From positions 70,000,001 to 70,064,000 of the forward strand of contig CM052816.1 in the NCBI GenBank assembly GCA_028534125.1: a stretch of 64,000 nt of DNA, read 5' to 3'. The stretch comes from Lama glama. Its lineage: Eukaryota. The notes under the pieces were generated by a model. That model searched no databases. It worked only from the letters and a program-made list of their open reading frames with translations, and was not told the origin of the DNA. Shown one piece after another: positions 53,100 to 64,000 of the stretch; position 1 is the first letter of the stretch; each line of letters opens with the position of its first letter. The position numbers were made by a program, and so were the translations under genes.

Positions 53100-53460
53100 A
53101 TTTAATCTGACTTACCTGAGTATTCCCCCAAGATTTTTAAAACTTGGTACCAAAGAAAGGGACTTTCAGTCCCTCCCTCATGAGAAAACTGTAGAATATA
53201 AGCCTGAAAAAACTTCCATCAGCTATGACATCTATCACATCGGAAAAAAACAATCTGAAGTAGTAGCTGTCACTGAGAGAATGACAGAGACAAATTAGAG
53301 AGAGAGTCTGGTAACTTTCTAGCTCTGATCCCTGAGACCAGTTAGTAGAACCCCTGCCCTTTCCATTGCTTGGTAGTACAAAACAATTCCCCCCTCTTGC
53401 CTAAGCTAACCATTTGAGTTTTTAGGTTTCGGTCACTGGTAACTGAGAAAGGTCTAACAC
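53100..53460 (+). mobile_element. ERVL LTR (LTR33-like) remnant
   Basis: tccctgagaccag...cccctgccctt...caattccccctcttgcctaagcta...ggtttcggtcactggtaactgagaaaggtct. Confidence 0.55.
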
Positions 53461-53979
53461 AAGAGCTAATAAAAGCAAAACATTGTATAACACCCAATAC
53501 TCTCTATGGAAGGGCTACAAAGCCTGGGATCCATGAATCCCCTAGAAATGTAACTCTGATTTTACATATATGAGTGTACATATCTCTACACAGAAGTCAC
53601 AAAAATTTCCATCAGTTACTCAAATAAATCTCTGACTCCTACACCCTAGCAAAGAAATTAAGGTTTATTGTTTGGTGGTCTAAACCAGTTACTCAATGTA
53701 TTTTCCTGCCCACATACACAGAGAACAAACTTCCATCTTTTATTAAATGCCATCATTTTCACCTAAGGGTACATGTAGTTTCTTTGAAACTCTTTCTTTA
53801 GCCCATTTCTAAGATTCTGGTATATTAATAACTCCCTTCCTCCCACCACAGTTGAGAATCAATGGTTTAGAATCTAATTGTATAAAGAACTTTTTTGGTT
53901 CATTTTTAGATCTTTTAAATCTATTCAGATGTACTAAAATATGAGGAATACTAGAATTGAGCTTTTAAAATAATTCATC

Positions 53980-56900
53980 CTAAGATGGCTGGTCCTGGTA
54001 AAATGTAGTAAGCACACTCTACCCTTGTCTCTCCCACTGAATGCAACCATAAACTTGACAACATGCATGGAAAAGCTATTTGAAGACTGAAAAGTAAATA
54101 GCAAGCAGATCAGGGAAGATCACCAGAATTCAAAGTATCACCCCACCAGAGACAAGTTCACCATATTTTCCCCCTCCAGTATACCCTGCCTGAAATATAT
54201 ACACCTCACAGCTAGAAACCTAGAAGTGAACACTTCTCAAGGAGAAGCATTCTGTCCCAAGAAGCTAGAAAGGGAACTAACAAAAATGGTCAAGTGTGTA
54301 AATCACTCATTTTTTTCTTTCCTTTGTCTTCTCATATACCATTCAACAAGCTGTAGGCAATCCTACGGTTTCCATGTGGAAGCTCTGAGGGAAGAGCCAA
54401 AAACTCTGAGGGAAAGAACCCTTCTCTTTCACTGAAGCTGTGATTCTAAGAAGGTAAGACCAACACCTACTGATTTAGTTTTTTCCTCTCTCTGTCCTCC
54501 TGTCCCTTAGCCCCTGATGCAAGTGCAATTGTAGAACTGCACTACAAAGCAGGTAACAAGAGCTACAAGTTTCTGGATGGAAACTGAAAAGGGAAAACCA
54601 GGAAACTAGAATTTTAGAACACAAAAGTAATTAAACTAGAAATCAGAAACAGAAAAATGAGAGCAAAATCTCTAAATTCTTGGAAATTAAAACATCTCTA
54701 AATAATCCATGCATCAAAAAGGAAGTCTTGATGGAAATAAAATATTTTGAACCAAATGAAAATAAAATACAACATACCAAAATTTGTGAGATGGAACTAA
54801 GCAATTCAAAAGAAAACAGAAGACAAAAAAATGCTTCCCAGCTCATTTTATGAGTCCAGGATTATACCGAAACCAAATCTAAACAAACAAACAAAAAAAA
54901 CAGAACAAAAAAGAAAACTACACCAATATCTTTCATAAACATAGAAGCAAAAATCCTCAACAAAATATTAGTGAACGAAAACATCTGCAATATATAAAAA
55001 GAATTAAAGAACACAACCAAGTGGAGTTTATGCTGAGAACACAAAGCTGGTTCAGTATTTGAAAAAAAATCAATATAATTCACCATATTGACAGTCTAAA
55101 GAAGAAAAATCGTAATGAATCAATTGATGCAGAAAAGGCATTAGACAAAATATAATATCCATTCATGATAAAATATAAGCAATCCAAAAGTAAAAGAAAA
55201 CTTCCTCAATCTGATAAAAGTCATTTCTATTAAAAAAAAAATAAAACCTTTAGCTAACATTATATTTAATGGTGAAAAACTGAAAGCTTTCCCTTAGGAT
55301 TGGTAAATGGCAAGACTGTCTACTGTTACCACCCTTATTTAACATCCTCCTGGAAATCAAAAAGAAACAAAAGGTGTAGAGACTGGACAGAAGGTATAAA
55401 TTGTCTCTATTCACATAGACTACATAATTACCTACTTAAAAAATCCTCAAGAATCTGCAAAATACAGATAGAACTAACAAGTGAATTAAGCAAAGTTGCA
55501 GAATACAAAGTCAGCACACAAAAATCAATCCTATTTCCATATACAGTAATGTACAATTAGAAACAGAAATTTTAAAAACAATTCTATTTACCATAGCTCC
55601 CCAAAATTGAGATACATAGGCATAAATCTAACAAAACATATATGGGATCTGTACATTCAAAACTCTGAAACACTGATGAAAGAAATCAATAGGTAAATGA
55701 AGAGACATACCATGTTTTCAGATTGGAAGGCTCAACATGGTAAAAGTGACAACTCTCCTCAAATTAATCTACAGATTTTAAAGCAATACCAATCAAAATC
55801 CTAGCTGGATTTTTCAGAGATATAGATAAACTGATTCTAAAATTTAGATGGAAAAGCAAAGAAACTAGAATAGCTAAAATAATTTGGAAAAAAAGAACAA
55901 AATTGGAAAAATCACATCTACTCGATTACAACACTAGCTATAAAGCTACAGTAATCAAGACTGTGTGGTATTGGCAAAGGGCTTTAGATCAAAGAAACAG
56001 ACTCAGACAAATACAGCCAACTGATTACTGACAAAGGTGCAAGAGCAATTCAATGATAAAAGGATAATGTTTACAATAAATGGTGTTGGAACAAATGTAC
56101 ATTCATATGCAAAAAAAACCCTCAACTTAAATCTCACACTTTATATAAAAATTCACTCAAAATGGATCATAGATCTGAATTTAAAATATTTCAAAACTTC
56201 AAGAAGAAAATATAAGAAAAAATTCTTTATGCCCTGGAGTTAGGCGAAGAGTTCTTAGATATGACCAAAAAAAAAAAAAGACAGCCCATAAGAGAAAAAA
56301 CTAGTAAGCTGGATTTCATCAACATAAAGAACTTTTACTCTCTGAAAGATACTGTTAAACGAATGAAAAGCTACAGATGAAGAGAAAATATTTGCAAACC
56401 ACATATCTGACAAAGGACTTGTACACAGAATATTTTAAGAATTCTCAAAGCTCAACAATAAGAAAATAAACAACCCAATTTAAAAACGGGCAAAAGACAT
56501 AACAGATACTTCACCAAAATTCAGTATCATCAGCCATTAGAGACACACACATTAAAACCACGAGTGGAAATGCAATTTCCAATGATGGAAATACAAATCA
56601 AAACCATCAGATACCACTTCATATTCACTAGGTTATAATAAGATGGTAATAACTGTTGGCATTATCAAAAAGTCTACAAATAATAAATGTTGGGAAAGGT
56701 GTAGAGAAAAAGCAACCCTCCTACACTGTTGGTGGGAATGTTAAATTGGCGCAGTCACTATGAAGAACAGTATGGAGATTCCTTTAAAAACTAAAAACAA
56801 GGTTACCATATGATCCAGCAATCCCACCTGGGGCGTATATCAAGAGAAAACTTTAATATGAAAAGATACATGCACACCAATGTTCAAAGTAGAACTATTT

Positions 56901-57328
56901 ACAATAGCCAAGACATGGAAACAACGTAAATGTCCACTGAGAGATGAATGGATAAAGATGATGATGATGTGTGTGTGTGTGTGTAATGGAATACAAAAAA
57001 GAATGAAATAATGCCATTTGCAGCAAATGGATGGACTGAGAAATTATCATACTGTCAGACAGAGAAACACAAATATGTGATATTGCTTACACGTGGAATC
57101 TAAAAAAAATGATACAACTTACAAAACAGAAACAGACTCACAGACGTAGAAAACAGACTTATGTTACCAACAGGGAAAAGAGAGGAGGGATAAATTGCAA
57201 GTTTGGGATTAACATATACACACTACTATATATAAAACTGGTAATAAACAAGGACCTACTGTATAGCACAGGAACTATACTTAATATCTTGTAATAACCT
57301 ATAATGGAAAATAATTTTAAAAAGAATA

Positions 57329-57374
<46 letters not shown>

Positions 57375-58780
57375 CTGAATCACTTTCCTATATGCCTGAA
57401 ACTGATACATTATAAATCAACTATACTTCCATAAAAATTAATTAATTAATTAAAAACAAAAACAAGTGTTGACAAGGTTATGAGGACACTGGAGCCCTCA
57501 TTCACTGCTGGTGGGAATGTAAAATGGTATAGCCACTTTGGAAAAAGAGTCTGGCAGTTACTCAAATGGCTATACACATTAATCCAGCAATTCAACTCCT
57601 CGGCATACACCCAAAAGAGTGAAAACCTGTGTCACACAGAAACTTATACACAAATGTTCATAGAACATTATTCATCATAGCCAAAAGGTGGAAATAGCCC
57701 CAATGTCCACCAGCTTATGGATAAATAAAGTGTGACATGGCCATTCAATAGAATATTACTTATCAATTAAAAAGGAACAAAGTACTGATATATGCTACAA
57801 CCTGCATAAACTTTCAAAACATTAAGACAGTCACAAAAGATCACATATGTTTCTCTTTGTATGAAAGGTCCAGAATAGGCAAATCTAATAAACAGAAAGT
57901 AGATTCATGGTTGTTGAGGGCAGGGGGAAGGGAGAAACAGAAGTGACAGTTAATGGGCACAGGATTTCTTTTTGGAGTAATGAAAATATCTTAAAATTGA
58001 CTGTGGATGGCTGCTCAACTCTGTGAATATACTAAAAACCATCAAATTGTACATTTTACATGAGTGATTTATATGGTAATTTTATCTCAATAAAGTTGTT
58101 ATTAAAAAACACAATGAATTATCATTATACACCAATTAAAATGGCTAAATTTTAAAATACTGATAATATCAATGTTAATGAGGATGCAGAACAACTAAAT
58201 TCCCATACATTGATGGTGGAAAAGCAAACTGGTATAACTACTCTGGAAAACAGTTTTGTAGGATCTTATAAAGTTAAACATACAATACCTATGGCCCAGG
58301 AATCTTCCTCCCAGGTATCTACTCTGAAGAAATGAAATCACGTTCACGCAAAATCCTGTACACAAACGTTTACAGTGGCTCTGTAATTATCAAAAACTAG
58401 AAATAATTCAAATGGCCTTCAAGGGGTAAATGGATAAATAAACTATGTACATTCACACAATGGAATAATACTTAGCAATAAAAAGAATGAACTATTGACA
58501 CAACTTGGAAGAATCTCAGAGGCATTAAGCTGAGTTAAAGAAACCAATCTTTACAAGGTAGTTCCATTTATATTACAATCTTAAAATTACAAAACTATGG
58601 AGATGAAGAAAAGATAACTTGTTGCCAGAGATAATAGCAGTACAGAGGGAGTCTTTTGGTATTCTGTACCCTGATTATTGTGGTGGTTATATAAATCTGT
58701 ACATATGTTAAAATTCTAAACACTGTTCACCAAAAGTAAAATAGTGGATTTTTCTTTCTAATTTTAAAAATTAAAAATGT
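53980..58780 (+). mobile_element. Composite L1 block: old L1 5' end, ORF2 pieces and 3' ends, with a nested young artiodactyl L1 3' end (~56660-57440)
   Basis: gcaaaaatcctcaacaaaatattag, caattgatgcagaaaaggcatt, aaagctacagtaatcaagactgtgtggtattggc; three successive ORF2-end / 3' UTR segments. Confidence 0.9.
57336..57373. repeat. (TA)19 microsatellite in an L1 3' UTR
   Basis: Perfect TA run. Confidence 0.95.
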
Positions 58781-60379
58781 CAAATCCAACTAGACTCAAC
58801 CCTTTAATTCAATTTCAATTCACTAAACTATCACTTCTAATCATCTTATTTAGTTAAAAGTACACTATATTGTTCAAAGAAAGATACTGGCAAAATGAAA
58901 TACGTCCTAAGGAGTACCAAGAGTAAAACATTAGAAAGATCTGGTCATTAATTAAGGGTAAACAAACTAGACATGTTAAGCCTCGAACACAGACTCAGAG
59001 AGAGAATGACTGATGACAAATGTCTTTAATTTTCCAAAGGCTGACATGTGCATGGGGGTTAGAATTTTTTCATATAGTATTAAAGTGAAACTTGATTTAC
59101 CATTGAGTCTGAAAGTATAGAGGGTTTTCTAGGCTACCAAAAATTCATGATATATTCCTCAACTGCTAGATAATCAAGAAAGAAGTTCTGGAGATTCTTG
59201 CATTAAACAAAGGGTGGGACAGGAAGATTCAAGAGTTTCTTCTACCTCAAATATTATATGAATCTATGAACTATAACTTCTAGAGTTAAACTACCAAAGC
59301 AGAAGACACTGAATATCTAAAAAGGTGGCCCTTCCTGCCAAAGTACCACCTTTCATTGCACAAAAGAAATATTAAAAAGCACTCTAGGTTCCAAATTTTA
59401 AAAAGACTAAATAAATATAAAATCTTAACAAAAGCCGTATTAAGCCCTATTTCTCCAAATCTCATTTATACCAAGGATATTAAAATTAAATTCAAATTAC
59501 TAATGTCAAATTAAATCTAATTTCATTAGACTTAAAAGGCAAAAGTTTATGAATACAAATTTCATACAAACTTCTGTAGTACGTTGAAGAAATTTCATGA
59601 AAAAGAAGTACTCTTTCCACACAAAGGATGGTAGTCCTCAAAAGAGCCAAAACATCTGTATTCACTTAAAAGCTCATCAAGGCAGACTGACATTTTTAGG
59701 AGAAGCATATGGGTTGCTGAACCGTCATCTAGAACAGGATCTTTTGTCTAGTAAACCCTATTCAAGGACCATTTACTTACATATAGAGTGGCTGAATAAA
59801 GAAAAGAACGTATTTTTGAGTCCTAGAAAACACAAAGAAATGAACTCTTCATCTAGCTTTGTTAAGGATAAAGCAAAACATTGTTACAAAAGCAGCCAGG
59901 TCTTTAGTCTCAGAGACAACACTCTCAACATCTGAAACAATTCTAAGAAATCACTGGAACAAAAGAACTCTAGAAAAGCTTTCTTAGAGAACTATATCCA
60001 GCCAAAGACCACCTCCCTAAAACAAGGCATTTCCATTTTAAAGGATAAAACACTTTCTTCTTAAAACTTTGAAGGGCAGAGTTCAACAGCTGCGCTGTAT
60101 TAAACCTGAGCCCTTCCAAAAGGAAGAACAAGAGTCTCTGGAGAGCGAGTAACATGGCCTGCTTTCTCCAAAATTATCAAAATGCCTGCTTTGCCTCAAA
60201 GGAAAGTTTCTTCAAGAAAAAGCCTCTATACAGCACGTGGATGGAAAACATAAAACTCAACTTAGATTAGGAAAATCGAATCATTTTTGCTTGTTTCTAG
60301 AAATCTCCTCCACCTGAGGAAAATGCATTTTCAAGTCCTTCAAGACACAGTATGGAAACTATTTTAAAAAACAAAAACA

Positions 60380-60535
60380 ATAGTTTTCAGCCCTAACTTC
60401 CCTTCAGAATCACCATAGCTCTAGGTCTCAACCTAAACTCGCTGAACCAACATATATTGGGGCCAAGCAAGGCATCTGATTTATTTATGCACACAACAGG
60501 TGATTTTGATCCACAGCAAGGGTTTAAAAGCATTG
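60380..60535. mobile_element. MER5-like hAT MITE remnant
   Basis: tagttttcagcc...cagaatcacc...caggtgattttgat...ggtttaaaagcattg. Confidence 0.6.
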
Positions 60536-61834
60536 AACTGGAGCATGATCCTACAAAGGAAAAATAAAGCCTAGTGAGTAAAGGCAAGAATAAAAGGTCA
60601 CATTTGAGAAACTAATTAGTTCTAAAGAAACTAAGATTGTATTCACCTATTAAAATACTCGGCAACAAACAGAAAGAGAATTTGAAACAGTAATTCTGAT
60701 TCCTCCTACCATAACTTAAAGAACAAAAGACTTAAAATAGTTTGCTAAAATATCCAAATATTTAGGTGGAACTGTTGTGAAGAATGCAGCCACTGCAAAG
60801 GTTCCATCAGGGTCTTTGAACACTGCAAACTAAAGAAAAGTTATAATAAGAGCTCATGTATGTTTAAGACTTTAATTACAGCAAAGTAAATTTCAGCCAT
60901 CAGCAGAGCTTCATTAAGCCTACTTTATTTTACACAAAATTCTAACAGGTTTACTCACTTGGTATTCAAATCTATAACAAATGAAAAGGAGTAGTGGAAC
61001 TGCTAAAGGGAAGCAGACCAGTCAAGGCAGGATACAGAAACACTATTAAAAAGTGACACAAGAACTCAGAAAGCATAAACAGACACTTGACAGTTTTTTA
61101 AGGCAGTAGAATGCAGTGACTTTTTCCTAATGATCACTGCAGTAAGGAAAAAGAAAAATACATTCAGTATAATTTGTTTCATACAGGTATTTTGTTTAAA
61201 AGGGTAAGAAAGTATAGTAAGTCACCCAAAGAAAGTCTCTCATCAAAAATAATTACAAAATTTAGTGAAAAAAAATCCTTGCCACAAACAAACAAACAAA
61301 AAACCTAAGTTCTCAGTTGGACACTCTCACTGTATAAAAGGAACAGTGGAGTGAAAGTAGAGAGCATCAAATAGTCTTTCAATGAAGAAACATACATTGC
61401 TAAAAGGAAAACAGAAGACACTGAGCTTTTAATTTACTATTATTAGGCAAATTATTTCTTTCTGCAAAAGTCAACGTATTGCTTTAAACTGCTAAATCAG
61501 ACTATTTCCTAGTAAACTTAAAAATGTTGCCGCATCTGAAAAATAAGAATAAAAAACAGCTGAGTTCATAGTATTGTGAGAACTGGGGAAAGGAAGGTAA
61601 AGTCCTTGGCACAGTGGCTAATACACAGTAAGTGAGAAATAAATGTTAGCTGCTATTTTAATTTGTGCTCAGAATAAACACCAAAAACAACTGATTCCAT
61701 CAAAGGATATATTTTAGAAGCTTACCCATTTGAAATGGTGTTATTCTGTGTTCACCTCACACTCAGAGATCTCTAACGTGTAATTCAGGAACCAAGTTGC
61801 CCCATCTGTCTTCAAGAAGTTCCATGTATTATTA

Positions 61835-61968
61835 CTTTTTTAAATTTAATTTGTGGGGGGGGGGGTAATTAGGTTTATTTACTTATTTTGATGGAGGTAC
61901 TGGGGACTGAACCCAAGACATTAGGCATGCTAAGGATGCACTCTACCACTCAGCTACACCCTTCCCCC
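61835..61968 (-). mobile_element. tRNA-derived camelid SINE (Vic-1-like)
   Basis: ggaggtactggggactgaacccaagac...gcactctaccactcagctacacccttcccc; perfect 14-bp TSD tccatgtattatta at 61821-61834 and 61969-61982. Confidence 0.95.
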
Positions 61969-62553
61969 TCCATGTATTATTAACTTGTAAAAACTTCATG
62001 TAAAGTAGTTTGCAGTCAGCAAGTCTAATAATCACAGTTAGCTACTGTTATTCCAAAAGAGTTCTCATGTTCCACAAATATCCTTTCTCAAATAAATTCA
62101 TTTCCACTAGTTTTTTTAAATTTGAATACAAAAGAGGTATCAGGACGCTTGTCAAAGAAATGCATGAGTACCAAAAAAAAAAATCTATAAGACAATTTCA
62201 ATACAGAAGTTAACAGAGTTTTAGGTGAATATCCTAACCTTGGATCACTGCAAATAATTAGAGTGTGTGCTATATATTTCATATTCACATTTATGTAGGT
62301 TAGTGCCCACTTGGTTTTCATTGATGAAGCTATTAACAGAAATACTGTCTATGGCTTCCTGCTTTTCCTCACAATCACAAATCTCTATGTATTTATTCAT
62401 CTAAGTGATAAGCACTTACCAGTTATGTGTGAGCCATTACACTAGGTTCTATGAAGTATACCAAAGTAAATTAAAATTTTTTCCAGCCCTACAAAAGCCT
62501 GTGACCTCCTTAATGATAGATACATCAGGGCATGCGCCAAAACCTGCTCATTT

Positions 62554-62563
62554 GCGCGCGCGC

Positions 62564-62591
<28 letters not shown>
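62554..62591. repeat. (GC)5(GT)14 compound microsatellite
   Basis: Read directly from the sequence. Confidence 0.95.
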
Positions 62592-62595
<4 letters not shown>

Positions 62596-62597
62596 GA

Positions 62598-62949
62598 GTC
62601 AGTATGTCAAGGCAGCCAACAATCCAAACATCTCTCTATGGCTTATAACAAAGTTTATTTCAGTCATTTTATGTTTTATATGACCTACGAGAATCAGCTT
62701 CTGCTTTGCTCCATGTTATCTTCATTTCAGGATCTCGGCTGAAAGAAAAGACCCTACCCAGGACAGCAGAGGGAAAAATGACATGGCCAAACATGAGACA
62801 GCTGTTGAAGCTTCTGCCTGACATGGCATAGCGTTTCTGGTTAACATTTCATTGGTCAAAAAAAGTCACTTGGCCAATGGGGCAATGAAGTATAATCGTG
62901 TCACAGGGAATGGAAATGAATATTGTAAATAATAATACCATCTACCACA
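62598..62949 (-). mobile_element. MaLR LTR (MLT1J/K-like)
   Basis: ggcttataacaaagtttatttc...catttcattggtcaaaaaaagtcacttggcc...aataataccatctaccaca. Confidence 0.75.
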
Positions 62950-64000
62950 ACATCCATCAACAAGATTAAAGAAAAGGAAAATATTCAGGTCTATTCAAAC
63001 CAATAATAAAATTAGCATGTTATTTAGTTTAATACGTAGTAAGGTTTACTATGTGCTGGACACTATTCTAATATTTACTAGTATTAAAATATTTAAATCT
63101 CCTAAGAGGAATTAAACAAAGATGTCTACTACTGATGAAAACAGACCAACTAATTTTAAGTATTTTTTAACGAGGAAAATAAGCAAAACAATGAAACCTA
63201 TTAGACGACACAGTAGAAACACTGCAAGGTCACAAAACCTGGCTTTAATATGTTCCAAAGAGTGCAAAAAGTAGCGCCCTTCAGACAGGAATTTGTTTAT
63301 ACAGCTTATCTGAAGTAGAAGCCAACCTACTGGTTCTAAATGTCCTAAATGCTTCTCAAATTTGGGCTGAGACAGTTTCTCAGCAAGGTGTAATATACAC
63401 AGAACTCCCTCAAACTTAGGACCTCTCTTTCACTGAAGGCCCCTGCCAACTCATAATTTCCTACTGGCTTACCGTGATGCTGAAAAAGGAAATAGATCAA
63501 CAGACTACAGCCAGAGACTGGAGCACAAAATAGGCCTCACAAAAAGGTCCCATACACTTAGTGCCCAACAGTCGTTAATTAACACCCGTAAGGAGCTATG
63601 TTTGTGGTAAACACAAGACTCACTCCAACTGAGAAGTGATGAAACAGGTCCAGGTGAGATAAATATACATGAATAGGTTAAAGGAAAAAAAAAAAATTCC
63701 TGAGTCCTAAGCATTGCTACTTTGAAACAGAGTGCCATTTTATCTGGCTTGTAGATTAATGTCCTAAATAGTTAAACTTACTCTGGACAATCCCTTGGGA
63801 AAGTAAGGGATAAATGTAGGCCATAGATCCAGGGTTTTCCCAGCTCTCCTTCAGCCCAGGGAAATAAGCAGCACATGGAAACAGACTTTAAAGCAGGAGC
63901 TCAGAAACGAGATCAGCTGAATCAACTATATTGTTTAAATTACTTTTTCTCTCTTTCTTGTGTGTACATGTTGTTGGGTTCTTTGGCTTACTCTTTTGTT

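Larger units (their letters stand above)
25796..64000 (-). other. NDUFS4: NDUFS4 intron 1 (partial; exon 1 and promoter lie right of the window)
   Basis: Precedes the exon 2 acceptor CTGCAG at 25801-25796. No CpG island or MAAVS-like first exon is visible before 64000. Confidence 0.85.

Noticed and set aside
59597..59935. 112-aa plus-strand ORF in unique sequence
   Set aside because: No recognisable domain or exon signals; length is within the chance range.
1..64000. CRISPR array, operon-like system, rRNA or NUMT
   Set aside because: The DNA is mammalian intronic sequence; I saw no repeat-spacer arrays, dense coding blocks, rRNA or mitochondrial-like segments.

Overview
AT-rich mammalian genomic DNA, most likely from a camelid (alpaca, llama or camel), judged from three tRNA-derived Vic-1-type SINEs and artiodactyl-type L1 3' ends. 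The only credible coding sequence is one 79-bp minus-strand exon (25717-25795) encoding [26 protein letters not shown], which I recognise as exon 2 of NDUFS4 (complex I 18-kDa AQDQ subunit). Positions 1-25716 are therefore intron 2 and 25796-64000 intron 1; I found no exon 1 or exon 3 in the window. The rest is mostly decayed transposable elements: L1 (including a ~5.7-kb near-full-length copy), L2, MIR, MaLR/ERVL/ERV1 LTRs, and Tigger and Charlie DNA transposons. Nearly all ORFs in the supplied track are TE remnants or chance frames. I see no evidence of a new multi-gene system. The most notable observations are a candidate 100-nt poison exon just downstream of exon 2, a polyadenylated U5-less ERV retrocopy just upstream of it, a solo LTR carrying an env-tail/PPT-like cassette, a 45-bp local templated insertion, and a palindrome cluster. 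TE subfamily names come from recall of consensus sequences and their boundaries are approximate.
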